Below, in pieces: positions 23,913 to 62,968 of a stretch of 64,000 nt of DNA. Origin of the DNA: Macrostomum lignano (taxonomy: Eukaryota); assembly GCA_002269645.1 (NCBI GenBank), contig NIVC01003647.1:1-64000 (forward strand), given 5' to 3'. Below the pieces are notes generated by a model. That model was given only the letters and a program-made list of their open reading frames with translations. It did not search any database and was not told the DNA's origin. Position 1 is the stretch's first letter. Each line of letters begins with the position of its first letter. The position numbers and the translations under genes are program-made.

Positions 23913-25138
23913 ATTAATATATACCAAGTTTAATACTAGAAAAAATGATACAACCTCATTTGTATGCCGGGTTTATGTGCCAATACAAAAAATTTGTCAT
24001 TTGACACAATATATCTCCTGTTTCATATATGCTAGGATATATCCTGATGTAGCCTATGCTAAAAAATGATAAGACCCTTGTTGTATACCAGGAAATCCTG
24101 GCATACATCTGGCCTAAACTATGGCCATTGTCCAGATCATGGCAGGCATATGCCAGAATAAAAATTCATGTTTTTTCAATTTTATTTTAATGTAGTATTT
24201 ACAAAAAAAATTTTGCTGAGCTCAAAAATGTTTGTATGCCAATTTTTTTAAGAATGTATATTTTGAAAAAAATGTTTTACTAAACTTTAACATGGCTATT
24301 TTTTGCTAAGAACTAATATTCTTTTTTTAATTTTGTTTTCTCCTATCGATTGCGTTAATATTTTTTGTTCTAGTTTCCAATTATTTTTAAAGGAGCTTTT
24401 GCTGGTTGATATTTAATTACATGATTATATTAGCCTTGAACTTGGCTATTTTTGTATGCCAACTATGTACAATTCATGTTGAACCTGAAAATTCTATATG
24501 CAAAATGTATACCAAGATTGTCAGTGAGAGCAAAAATATGCTGGAATTTTCCTGTGTAAAGGCCACTTTTTGGCATATGGAACTATGGCACATAAGTAAC
24601 AACTCTTTTTTTCTTTTGCATAGGAGTGTCCAAGCCACTTATTCCAATAGGGCTATGTAGGCATGGCCCTTTCAAGTACCTCTATATGGCATCTAAAGGT
24701 TTTGGTGATTCTATCCTAATAGGGGTTATGGAAAATATATTTTAATAAGCACCTTTAATACTTTGTATCCCCATTCAATATTTTCTAGATCTACATCTAA
24801 TATATAATAAATAACATGGTCTTAAGCAATCATTTTCTATGTGTATAGTATAAATAAAGAGTTTGCAAAGATTTTTTGGTTGGAAGCTATTGTATTTTCT
24901 ATTGTCTATCTATTTATATTATAAGCCTATGAATATATGACTAATATAATTAAGATAGTGATCTAATTTTTAATATACAATGTGCAAAGCCTATACTTAG
25001 TACTATAGGCAGTGTTGCTACAGGCTGCGTTTTTAACGCAGCTGCGTTTTTTCTTTGAAAAATCTGCGTTTGTGCGTTTTTTTCTGCGTTTTTTTTCATT
25101 CTGCGTTTTTACTTGCTAGCTGTTTTGTTGGTGACTTA

Positions 25139-25675
25139 AGTGGCAATGCGGCAGTGGAGCGTGTGTTTGCCGATCTTACAGACCTTTTTTCAAAGAAAAG
25201 AAGCAATCTGGACATCCGCACCATAGATGGCTGTCTGCTTACCCGAGGTTTCCTGAAGTCGACCGGTTTGACTTGTGAAACGTTTCACTTCAATGACGCG
25301 TACATCAACGCAGGCTTTCATGCTCGGCACAGCTGGAAGCAGCACCTGGAGCGGCAGCGGGAGGAGAATGAGGAGAAGCAGAAGAAGTTGGCAAAGGAGA
25401 GAGAGTTGGCAGTAGAAATTGCACAGGAAATTAAGAAGGCAACACACTCTGCACAGTTGCAGGCAAAGGAGGAGAGCATACGGAAGAGGAGACTGGAGGT
25501 AGATGCGCAAGCGGACAGAGCTGCCGCAATGCTTGATGAATATCAGCGACAGGTAGCTGCCCTAGCGATTGAGCGCAAGACACTGGAGAAGGAGACTGAG
25601 GGCCTCAAAGAGAAAAAGAGAAAGTTGGAGGAGAAGGCGACCAAGTCTACCATCGCCAGTTATTTCAAAAAGTGA
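25139..25675 (+). pseudogene. hAT transposase C-terminal fragment (dimerisation-domain motif plus coiled coil)
   Basis: SGNAAVERVFADLTDLFSKKRSNL resembles the hATC SxxxERxFS motif. It is followed by an E/K/R-rich coiled coil and is open to TGA at 25675. The catalytic N-terminal part is absent. Confidence 0.7.
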
Positions 25676-25732
25676 CGCCGGTAACTTTTGGTAACAATGA
25701 TTTTTGGGCTTACATAGACATAAATAGATAGG

Positions 25733-25950
25733 CAGTGTTGGGCAAGTTCACGAAAAAGGAACTTTCATACAACGAACTTTTGAACTTTATGCAAGGGCAT
25801 TTCCTACTTGGTCAGTCATGCTCGAGTAACAACCATTTCTTTACCTCATTCTACTGCCAAACAGTTAAAAATGATCTCATTCTGCTATTCTTTCAATATC
25901 ATTTTAAAAATGAATTGAACTTTTCCAAAAATGAACTTTGCCAAACACTG
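25733..25950. mobile_element. Small hAT-like MITE nested in the hAT element
   Basis: Imperfect TIRs CAGTGTTGGGCAAGTTCA and CAGTGTTTGGCAAAGTTCA. The flanking 8-mers match at only 5 of 8 positions, so the TSD is not confirmed. Confidence 0.6.
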
Positions 25951-26242
25951 CATATGGGGATACAGGGTTTGCAACAAAGATGCATCCAGGCATGATCTAG
26001 GCATCAGTTTTATTTTACATGCATTTTATTACGAACAGCTATGCTCGCAATCTTGCTCTTTGAGTGACTGAGAGGGTAGAGACAGTGAGAACTGAAAGAG
26101 TAACAGATGACATGAATTTTTACATTTATTCTTCAAGTTGTTGCATTGTTGTTGTCGTGCTGTTTCCATGTATGTTTGCATCGGCCATCGATCGAGATAC
26201 ACATATTGCACGTATACGTACTCACTGTCGCTCTTATATGTA

Positions 26243-26603
26243 TAGGTTGTCCAATGTCTAGAAAGTTCTGTCCATTTTTTTATACAAATGTTCGTCGAGT
26301 CGAAAAAGTTGCCGATCTCCGAGATGAGGGCCAGTTCGTTGTTGAAGCTCTTGCCTTGCAGATGCCGGTCAATGGCGCGGAATAGATAGATAGAGCAAGC
26401 AGTGCAAAAGGTGCTCATTATCATGTGCCATTCTTTGCTGGAAAGAAGCAACTTTCAGTTAGATGCAGGTGGTGGTAGAAAGGTGAGTAACATGTATTGC
26501 TAATAGGCAAATATGAACAACAATGGATAATAGATAAGTAAGTTTTAGTATAAGGAAGTTAGACCATGTGAAAAAATCGGACAGAACTTTCTGGACAACC
26601 CAA
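26243..26603 (-). mobile_element. Deleted mariner element nested in the hAT element
   Basis: TA-flanked TIRs (taggttgtcc..agaaagttctgtcc and ggacagaactttctggacaacccaa). Minus-strand YLFRAIDRHLQGKSFNNELALISEIGNFFDS resembles the mariner C-terminus after the YSPDLAP motif. Confidence 0.75.
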
Positions 26604-27659
26604 TAAGTGCAGGATAAGTTGCGTATCCTAGTTTGTCTGTTAGCCAATATCCATCGGCCAATTTTTGTGCACTCGCTGGCCGCTGCTGATTAAAGAGGAA
26701 ATACATAAATTTTTGCATGTGACCATTTATGACATCTGCTGGTTGGCTGGTAGCCGTGTTGATTTTGGAATAAAATGTACTGATGTACTCTCAGCCTTTT
26801 TACTATCGTATTGCTCAGCATCGTCGTGATTTTCTATTATGCATTAGATATAAGAACATGTTTCGTTGCTAATGTATCTTGTTGTTAATCATCCTAGGGC
26901 TGCTAGTCACTTGTGTGCATTTATACAGTATAGTTGTATGTGATCCAGGGCACAGTGCTAGGATGTTTCAGGGCCTAGATCATTTCTCTGTATTCTACTA
27001 ATAGTGCAATGTAAATTTGTTCCTCGAACTCCTTGATGTCGTTCATCATTATTTTCTCAACAGACAAGGGTACAGCCTGCAGTTGTGCAACTCGAGAACA
27101 GCTTCTTAATACTTGTATTAGCTACTGACTGGCATCTAACATGTAATGTACTAGCAGTTCGCATCTAAAAATTAAGGACAGCAGGCTTCGGATTTGTTAA
27201 GAAAATTGTTGCTTTACACGGTGCCGTGTACATATGCAAAAACACAGAGCACACCCACGTAGGCAGGGCAGAGGCATGAATGTACAATAGAGTAGTTCTG
27301 AGCTTCATTATAATTTTTAGTACTGCCTGCGTTTTTTTTTATCGGCTGCATCTATTTTTTTTCAAATGCCTGTAGCAACACTGACTATAGGTCTTAGCTA
27401 AGGGTCTGATAATATCAAATTTTTTAGATTTTCAAGACTTAAGATCTATACTTTCTAAATAACTAAGTTCTATCCAGATTCAACATAAACCCAGTTTGTA
27501 TCTAGTAGGCTTATTTATTTTATTCTATCTATCAATGTTAATATTATTATTCGTTAAATACATACAATGTAGCCAGGCATAGCCAGGGGGGACACTAGGG
27601 ACATGTCCCCCTTGGAGTGGGAAGATTTTTTACTGCCTTTGTATTTTGCTTCTATTGCT

Positions 27660-28290
27660 AACATTGGAAATGGATTGATGTCTTGTTGCAATCAACCAAT
27701 GGCTCATAGATAACATGCTCTGCAAGGCTATAGACACTCTCACTGATTGTCTGTCTTTTGCTCAACTCCACAAAAAGCACTTGAGGATATTTGCTTAGCC
27801 TGATTGTAAGCCCAGTGAAACATGAACCATCTTTAAATCTATGTATATAACCCATTCGTGATCACAGTAGGCTATTTTAGCAGAACATTTTGATGGAATT
27901 ATTGTTCCTTCAGTGTCATCAAATGGGCCTTCAGTGTTAACAAATGGTCCAGAGGTTTTGATAGATAAAAATTGCTGTTGTGTACATGTAGGTATAGCAG
28001 TATACATTTCAAAGAGTACTTGCTAGATTCAATGTGGAAAGCTGCCAGTCCAGTGTCATGCTTCTGTATTAATCTCATTTAATAGCCCAGGCATATGTAT
28101 ATAATGCACAAGGTTCTTCTCAGATTGCACAAAATAATTCATAACTGCATCCTGCCTAATGCAAAATGGTGTTACTCAAGCAGGCCCTTTACAAAGAAGA
28201 TGCTTTGAGTTCAGCCTAGAAGGAAACAGCTCACTAGCTTTCTTGAGTAAATACAAGTCATGGACCAAGTTGTTCAATTCACCTTGAAAG
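27660..28290 (-). pseudogene. Decayed DNA transposase fragment (family tentative, possibly Tc1/mariner-related m44-like)
   Basis: Broken frames FQGELNNLVHDL..KKASELFPSRL..KHLL, AYCDHEWVIYIDLKMVHVSLGLQSG and HVIYEPLVDCNK. They match, in order, a widespread invertebrate transposase recalled as ELNDLVRDL..SRLKEKNLL / HKWxICGDLK..LGQQSG / NVINEPLVD. Confidence 0.65.
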
Positions 28291-31200
28291 AAGAGCTAAG
28301 GTGCAGTGCTCTTGTTAGTAGGCAAATAGATGTTATCACTAGCTCCTTTATCACCCAAGTTTATCTTCATTGTTACTGATTTCTTTCAGCCTAACATAAA
28401 CTGGCACTAGAATTTCTTCACAGTTAGGGACTGGTCAATGCATTGATTGCATACATGAGTATATAGATCAGGATACATAAGTATATAGGCTAATAATTGT
28501 TTCAATTAATGCCAAGTCTAAACTTTACCACAATCTAAATATACTAAATGCAATATTAAAAAAATTCTAAAATGTATGAGCTGAGGTATTTTATTATTCC
28601 ATGCTTCCATATTGCATGTTATGCTTTTAGGTCATTTTTGTCTACCAAAAGAGGAAGTAGCCATCCCTTGGTCATACTCAAACTAATATTCCATATAAAA
28701 ATATTCCCTTTAGTAGTTCTCTCATGGATAAGTATCTAGCAAAATTTATTTGCTCTAAAAAGCAAAACTTTTGTATAATAATTGTTTTAATTGCAATTTT
28801 ATGATAAAAGGAATATGCAAATCTATTTTTTCTATTTATTTATCTTATCTACCTTTCCTACGTACTAAATGTTTGGATTTAAGAATGGATAAAAGTCTTT
28901 TTTTAAACTTCCTTTTTTATTCCTTAATAATACTAATAGAACACTCTTATTTAGGGTTTAAAATATGTTACAACTAATTTATAGGTTTTTTTCTTGGAGA
29001 CTATATATATATATATATATATACCAAATGAATGCTTCACAAGGTCAGTGCCAGTGTAAGAAATAGGTGTTTGCTTTTAGGATACTACTAGTGGCACTTT
29101 TTGTAAGCAGATTGCTGGGCTACTAAAAGACCTTTTTGTTAGTAGTTGCTATTTCAAAAAACCTTCTTAAATTAAATTCAAAACTTTAAGGAAAGAATAT
29201 TTTACTGTTAAATATTTTAAGTTAATTTTTATGTTTAATAGTATTTTGTCAAATAGGTAGGCATTATTGACATATTTTTGATATATTAGTATACAAATAA
29301 ATTTATAGGTCATTTAATTTTTTAATGTTTGCTGTTGTTGCTACTGCTATTGCAGTTGCCAATAGCAGTTATGTGATTTAGGATTACTCTTGGAATTAAT
29401 ATTTAAAAGCTAAATTTATTTTGAACTTCTGTTTATTGTATTTTTTGATTAATTTCCCTGTCTGTGTGTGTGCTAAAACTTTATTTATCTATTTCCAGAA
29501 GTGTGGTTGATTCAAATTTGGGTTTTTAGTGCTGTTTACCCTGCTACTGGGCACACTCTGTGTGCTTGTTCTCCTTTAGACTTGGCATTGCTATACTAAT
29601 ACAAGTGTACTATTATCTCTAATATTAAGATTAGAGATAATATTATTAAGTTATTATTAGATTGGATTAATGCTCAGCATGCACACCGTGGTTCAAATTA
29701 AATAGAATATCTAAAATTCGTCATGTATGTTTTTACCTTCATTTTGGCACCCAGCCATTTTTAAGCTTTTCAATTTTTAAGACTACATTTTTCACCCTTT
29801 TCATCAAATATTAGCCAACTGCAACTGCTCCCCATCTATCTTAGCAGGTGGCCATAGTTGGCATTTCCCAAATGCCATTGGCAACACTTTAAAGTTTGTG
29901 CACGATGGCTACGCTCTGTGCAGCACTTTTGTGTTTTTATCTGGCTGTAGCGTCACTGGAAAATTGTCCTGACCCTCTAGGCCATGCCTACAGTTATCCA
30001 TATCTGGCTAATGCGCGGCACAGGGCGCAGCAACTGGCAACTTTGCTGGCTAGGGAAATTGGGGAGGGGGGGGGACAGAATTTTGCGTTGCTAATCCCGG
30101 CGAGCCCAGCTTCTTCTTTTACTTTAGATGCGCAGCTTTTCGCCCCATCTTGTCTCCAGTCAGTCCAGCCTGTTCGTCTCCCCACTCTGCAGTAGTCTCT
30201 CTGTTGTTCTTCAGCCTCCCCGATTCCCACACCCGGCCGGGAGCAGCGGGTGGATGAACGCACGGGGGGGGGCACAATTTTGGAAATGTGACTAAGCTGC
30301 ACCCAGGCCTCTGGGGGGGGGGGTTGCGCTGGTGCACGGTCGGTGAAGAGAAAAAGCCGGCGAAACGAAACGAAAGGAAAAGAACTCCCGCTCCGTGTTT
30401 GCATTGCCTTGCGCGCTGCTGCCCTTAACCTTAACTTTCCAGTCTGTCTGTCCGTGTGCGTGCGTGCGCGTATTAGACCACATTTCTGGCCTAAACCTTG
30501 GCCGTCTTAATCTTTCACTTATTCACTATTAGGGAACGGAGATATGCGGTTTAGCCTTCTTTGATTATCGCCCTAATAATGTTATTCTCAATCTTTTCCT
30601 TTCTGACAACGAGAAACAAGGCTATGCTTTATGCGCTGCGGGTTTACAGCTAGTTTCCTTGTGGTCAATAAAATGCACTCTTTAGTAATGTGTAATGTAT
30701 CAATATTATAAAGATATTTCCCATTCCCTGCTGTAGTCTTTTTTCTCTAATGCCGGACTCTCTCGCCTTGAGTTTGCGTGTGTGTTTGCTTGCTTTCCTT
30801 AGCTCTTTCCTTAGCCTTTACTGTGCTTGCTGCGGTGTTGCTTTTTATGAGCAGCGGCTTGCCCGGCGCACTTTTATTGTGCCTTGTCTTTGGCGGCGAC
30901 TCTTGCCAATACTGTGCAGGCGATACTCGGTTTAAATAATTGATCAGTTTGCTGGCTGGGCTTACTAAAAGTCGGGTGGGAAATATGATGCACTTTTAAC
31001 TATTATACTTGTACTAATCTAGAATGATGGCAAAGTGTCTTCCTTTGACCCGCGGTGACCTCAAAGCGAATCACCAATTAATTGCTAGGCTAGATGCAAA
31101 AAGCACTATAAATTGCTCTCCTCCTCTCTCTTGTTTATTGCCTGGTCACGCAACGCAGCTGTTGTCTTTTTTGTCTTGTGTCTTAGTAAGTCTTAGCAAC

Positions 31201-33624
31201 GGAGGAGAATATCGCCTTAGTTGTATTAAGCCTGCTGGAGATGCAACGCTTCGTACTGTACGAAGCGCGTTTAAGCCCCCCCCCTTGCCCTCCCCTCCCG
31301 CGTTAAGGCTCGAGGATTTTCAGGCTTTGGCAGGAGGGGAATTCTGTCCTAGCGTTTTCCTGTCCTATTTGCAAGCATGCCAAAAATGGCCGGCCAAGGA
31401 TAGAGGCCTGTCCAGCAAATTTGGCTTCTTCACTTTTTTGGCCGAAAAATTTGTGATTCTACAGAATGCAAAGTTTAAACTTTAAAAACCCATTTGGAAA
31501 TTTCTGTTGCTGGTGCTTATTGCCTTCTGCTGTCGCGTACTGTGTGTAGCTAGCTGGCTCTTGTGTGAATGCAATTACAAGTCTGAAGAGTCAAAAACTG
31601 AAAATCCATTCCCGCTGACTGTGAACTGACAGACAAAGAGAGAGACAGAGATGGGGAGAGCGATTCATTCCTGCCTATCCGCTCAGCACCATCATTTCCG
31701 CCCCTCATGCGCTTGCATTTGGTATCGGAGGCATAGGGGTGGTCGCTGCCACTGCGTGCGTGCAAAATTCTAACATCAGGCTTATATATCAGAACCCATT
31801 GCCTTTATAGGCAGCAGAACGGACACGTCAGTTCTGCGCTTGGCTCTGCAGGATGGTCTGGCGGTGGTTAGTGGCCTGCTGGTTCTAGTAAGAGAAGAAA
31901 ATGCGAGCCCAGCCGTGCTGCATCAGACACAGCGGGCAAACTGGGCTGGTTATTGCTGCACCGTAGGGGGGGGGGGGTAATTCTTCCTCTGGCCAGCTGC
32001 TAACATTGATCCGGTTTCCGAGCATTTATGAAATTGGGATTTGATTTTAGTAGTTAGCAAAAGGGATTTTCTATTCTTGGTAGTACTGCGTGGCCCGCAG
32101 GCCTGCCCTAGGCTAGTCAGACTTAGTAGTGGTTCGACGAGTTATTCATTGTGGTTACTCGAAAAACTTTCTTTCCTGCCCTTAGGTATTGGCTGACTGC
32201 ACTATATACTGTATAATATATGGCCAAATACTCGTCGATCGCTTGTCTGTCAATTATTTGACTTTAAGTAAAATGTGCATTTCCAAAACTTCGAAAAAGC
32301 AAAAAGATTGTTATGATTTCAAATAAAGACTTTACGGAAAATCTGACCTGTTACGTCTCATCTGCCGTAAATGTCCTCAAATTTGAACATTAAATTCCAA
32401 TATTCTCCATACAATGTACATACTGTAACAAGACTTCGCAACTATATTCCTAGTATAAAGGTTTTACCCTCAATAGTCTACTAGCCTCTGTGTAGATTTA
32501 GTGGTTTTGGAACAATAATACTGTATAGTGTCCGATAGTGTTTTTGAAGGAGCCGACAAGGCGTTAGTTTAATTTGTTCTTACATATCCCTTGATCAAGC
32601 ACGGCTAGAGTGGCCTCGGCGAGTCGGCATTGAGCAATGAGCACATTCCTTTGGCACTTAACCGACGTCGCATCTCTCCAGTTCTGAGGACAGGAATAGC
32701 CTTGATAGCTTTTCTCTAATACCCCGAGCTGGAGTCAGTTCGCACTTATGGGAGAGTCCGTGCTTGGGCGGACATGGCGAGGGTTAAGGGCAGTCAATTG
32801 ACCTTGGCAATGTTTGCAAATGGCCCCCAACCCCCCAGAAGATCAGAGCAGACTTGAGTTGCTTGTTTGCTCTCGGCCACGTTGGGGTGCATCGTTAATG
32901 ATGCCTGACTGAAAGTAGCCTCTGTACTCCCGATATCTTCCCGCATAGACTTGATCCCGAGTTGAATCAGGCCAATTCCCGCGCAGTGTGTTGAATAATA
33001 GTTTTGTTAAGTTCTTGACCCGATGACCCGAGACTGTGAGAGCAACTGCCGGGTTAAGTTACCCACTTTATGTCCGAATAAGCCTTAGTTCATTCAATAT
33101 CCTTTCTCTTTGGCTTAGCCAATCGCTTAGTCCAAGTGTTTCTGTTGTCACCCGGGTGGGAAACACGATTCTGAAACTTTCCTTTACTGGTTGACTTCAA
33201 TTTCACTGTTTTTCTTTCTTTGTTTTGACTCTGACTGGCTCTGTGCGTTTGTTCAGTCAGTTATGTAACCGCCTCCAGGTAGATTGAAATGGAAGCAGAT
33301 TTTTTTCTAATCTAATCTAACACTGGTATTTTATAAATCTGCATGCTTCAGAACAATGCATGCTGTTAGTTAATCTTTTTGGCGAGAAAGCTTCGTTCTT
33401 TTCCATTAATTGCAGGGCTGTCTTACAGAAATACCGGTAAAACTTATCAAAGTTAATCAAGTTTTCAGTTTAAGAATACTTTCGAGTTCGACATCGGTAA
33501 ATTTTTAGGTCAAATGAAACGTAAAATTAAAGGTGGCTCGTGACCATAGGGTATTAGTTTTATGATGATCCTAATGTAAGAGTATGAGCCTCATGATCCT
33601 TATATGATAACCCAACGAACCTAA

Positions 33625-34000
33625 AGTGTGATGAGGTCAATGACCCTAAAGTATGCTAAGGTCAATGACCCTAAAGTATGCTAAGGTCAATGACCCTAAA
33701 GTATGATGAGGTCAATAATCCTAAATTTGATGAGGTCAATGACCCTAAAATATGATGAGGTCAATGACCCTAGAGTATGATGGGGTCAATAATCCTAAAT
33801 TGTGATGAGGTCAATGACCCTAAAATATGATGTCAATGACCCTAAAGTATGATGAGGTCAATGACCCTAAAGTATGATGAGGTCAATGACCCTTAAATAT
33901 GATGAGGTCAATTACCCTAAATTATGATAAGGTCGTTGATCCTAAAGCATAATGAGGTCAATGACCCTAAATTATGATGATGTTAATGACCCTAAAGTAT
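33625..34000. repeat. 25-bp minisatellite GTATGATGAGGTCAATGACCCTAAA
   Basis: About 15 units; nine exact AGGTCAATGACCC. Confidence 0.95.
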
Positions 34001-34229
34001 AATGAGGATCAACCTTATTCCGAACACGTGTTTAGGATAAATTAAATGAGTCAAGTTCTATTATGCACCTGTGTATTTCATATTTTAATGCATGCTGCCA
34101 TATTTAAGGCATGCGATAAGCTACAGTCGCTGCAAGTAAACAACAATTATTTAACTAACAAAAATCATATTCGGCCAGACTGCGACTGAGCAAAGTTCGA
34201 GTATTGAGCTAATTGTATTAGCTGCAAAG

Positions 34230-60162
<25,933 letters not shown>

Positions 60163-60494
60163 TGCCAGCCACGGGCACCCTTGGATGCAGATTGACAATT
60201 TCACCCTATTGATTTATAAAATTCGTTTTGATTTTTTTATAAACCGATAGCACTTGTCTTTTCACTGTTAGCTGGCGTTTGCTTTTTGCCTATATATGTG
60301 TGTGTATCTGTGTATTTCTTTGTTTCTATTTGCGCGTTTTCAATTTATTGTCTCTATTACATTTTTCTGTGGCGTTTCCTGTTACTCGTAGATTACATTT
60401 TTGGCTGGTTGCGGGCTGCTTTACCTTGGCTTTGATTCTTTGTCTGTCTTGGTGTGCGCTGTCTCTCCACTGTGAATTTGCAGCTAGGTTAGGC

Positions 60495-60950
60495 ACTGAC
60501 ATGAGACACTAGGACATGAGAGACTAGGACATGAGACACTCGGACATGAGACACTCGGACATGAGACACTCGGACATGAGACACTAGAACTTGTGAGACT
60601 AGGACATGAGACACTAGGACATGAGACTAGGACATGAGGCACTAGAACATGAGATACTAGGACATGAGACGCTAGGACATGAGACACTAGGACATGAGAC
60701 TAGGACATGAGGCACTAGAACATGAGATACTAGGACATGAGACGCTAGGACATGAGACACTAGGACATGAGACACTATAGGACATGTGAGACTAAAACAT
60801 GAGACACTAAAACATGAGACACTAGGACATAAGTCCTGAGACGCTCGGACATAAGACACTAGGACATAAGTCATGAGACGCTCGGACATGAGACACTAGG
60901 ACATAAGTCATAGACGCTCGGACATGAGACACTAGACATGAGACACTAAG
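60495..60950. repeat. 13-15-bp minisatellite GACATGAGACACTAG (probable 3'UTR of the receptor)
   Basis: Starts 330 bp after the stop codon. The first AATAAA I noted after it is at about 61407. Confidence 0.9.
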
Positions 60951-62307
60951 ACAGACAGACGGTAGAAACGCAGCAGCTTGCCAGTGAATCACAATACCGT
61001 GAATCAGTATCTCTATTAAATAATGGGGCATTGATTCTTTTAACAAAAACTTTTTACAATGAAAAAGAAGATAAGGAAAATGCCAGAGCTCAAGCGCTTT
61101 CTTTGATCTCTCGCGTTTGCCTGTATTCTCTTCTGAACTCGATTTGTTGCTTTTGCCCTTGCTACTATTGTTAACTACCACCATGCCTCCTCCTTAGCTT
61201 TGCTGTGCTCTATTTGCTGCACTCTGCTATCGCGCTGCTATGCACCCTATAATGCTACTACTAGTATGATTTTTACCCTTTTTATTATATATTTTATCTG
61301 TGTATTGTTTACCGTCTTTTAAATCTCGCGAGCCCAGGCACGCCAATTTATTAGCCATTGCTGGTTGTTCTGCTTGTTTTGATAAATAGACAACTAATTC
61401 TTATAAAATAAAACAAATTTGTTCAATTTTCTGTGTAAAATAAGCTAAGTTTACTTTTCGCCTACTGTAAGTAGCAATGCTTGCGTGTTTAGGCGCGCTT
61501 TTTTGTTGACGGAAATTTTCTCGATATAGCTTTTTAAATGCTAGTTTTGCTACATGTTATTCAACAAAATAAACACAGTTTATTGCTGCGCGTTCTGCTT
61601 GGCTCTGTTCAACGTGTTAATTCATTGATTATGCATGGATTATCAGCATCTGTCACGAACTCTATCCTCACTCCCAGCTGCATTTTTCTTAGGTTTTTAA
61701 TCTACTAATTAATCGGTACAATTTGTTAAATCGGTTTCAAACAGTTTTTCTATTACCAAAGCAAAGCCTTCCTGAAGCAGCTCCTTGTTCATAAAGACGC
61801 ACCTGTTAATATATTATTTTACCTATAATATGCTTTGTGTATTCGTTGTTATGTGTAAACATAATCGCTATCTGCTGTCTACTTTATTCGCCGTTTTTTT
61901 TCTGATTGGCCGCAGTTTTTTTCGGCTGCCGTCCGTGCTCACAGAAATGTGAGTACGAGTATACTACTGTCTAGGATGGTTCTTCATTCATCGTTCACAA
62001 ATTTATTTAATTATTTATACAACAACCCGGCTCCACAGGATTTGCGCATGCGCTAAGATTAGCTTTCCATAATATCAATGCCGAATCTGCCCCCCCCCGG
62101 GTCCGTCATTAATAATTATCGATTATCATTTTCACAAGTGCTTGATTCTTCTCTCAGTACGAGGCATCCAGCAGCGGTGGAGCTGGGAACTGCCTCGGAT
62201 CGCTATAGTTATAGATATATTTCCTTGCGGCTCCCTTGCGAGTTTTATTGTGGCCTTCTGATTGCCACCCCTTTCGTAGTAGTCATTTTCATATAGATTT
62301 CCTACAC

Positions 62308-62968
62308 CCCAGGACAGCCACCCCTTTACCCCTGATTCTCCTGCCCCCAGGACAGCCACCCCTTTACCCCTGATTCTCCTGCCCCCAGGACAGCCACCCC
62401 TTTACCCCTGATTCTCCTGCCCCCAGGACAGCCACCCCTTCACCCCTGATTCTCCTGCCTCCAAGACAGCCACCCCTTCACCCCTGATTCTCCTGCCCCC
62501 AGGACAGCCACCCCTTCACCCCTGATTCTCCTGCCTCCAGGACAGCCACCCCTTCACCCCTGATTCTCCTGCCCCCAGGACAGCCACCCCTTCACCCCTG
62601 ATTCTCCTGCCCCAGGACAGCCACCCCTTCACCCCTGATTCTCCTGCCCCCAGGACAGCCACCCCTTCACCCCTGATTCTCCTGCCCCAGGACAGCCACC
62701 CCTTCACCCCTGATTCTCCTGCCCCCAGGACAGCCACCCCTTCACCCCTGATTCTCCTGCCCCCAGGACAGCCACCCCTTCACCCCTGATTCTCCTGCCT
62801 CCAAGACAGCCACCCCTTCACCCCTGATTCTCCTGCCCCCAGGACAGCCACCCCTTCACCCCTGATTCTCCTGCCCCAGGACAGCCACCCCTTCACCCCT
62901 GATTCTCCTGCCCCCAGGACAGCCACCCCTTCACCCCTGATTCTCCTGCCTCCAGGACAGCCACCCCC
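62308..62968. repeat. 38-bp minisatellite CTGCCCCCAGGACAGCCACCCCTTCACCCCTGATTCTC
   Basis: About 17 units. Confidence 0.95.

Larger units (their letters stand above)
25010..27383 (+). mobile_element. Internally deleted hAT DNA transposon with nested insertions
   Basis: Perfect 16-bp TIR CAGTGTTGCTACAGGC; perfect 8-bp TSD ACTATAGG; subterminal CTGCGTTTT repeats; contains a transposase C-terminal fragment. Confidence 0.92.

Noticed and set aside
29800-32100. GC-rich patches and short ORFs upstream of the receptor
   Set aside because: They may include promoter or 5'UTR exons, but no consistent exon chain or protein similarity could be established.
33625-34000. Hammerhead or C/D-box reading of the 25-bp unit (ATGATGA-GGTC-AAT-GACC-CTAAA)
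   Set aside because: It lacks C3 and GAAA of the hammerhead core and has no D box partner.
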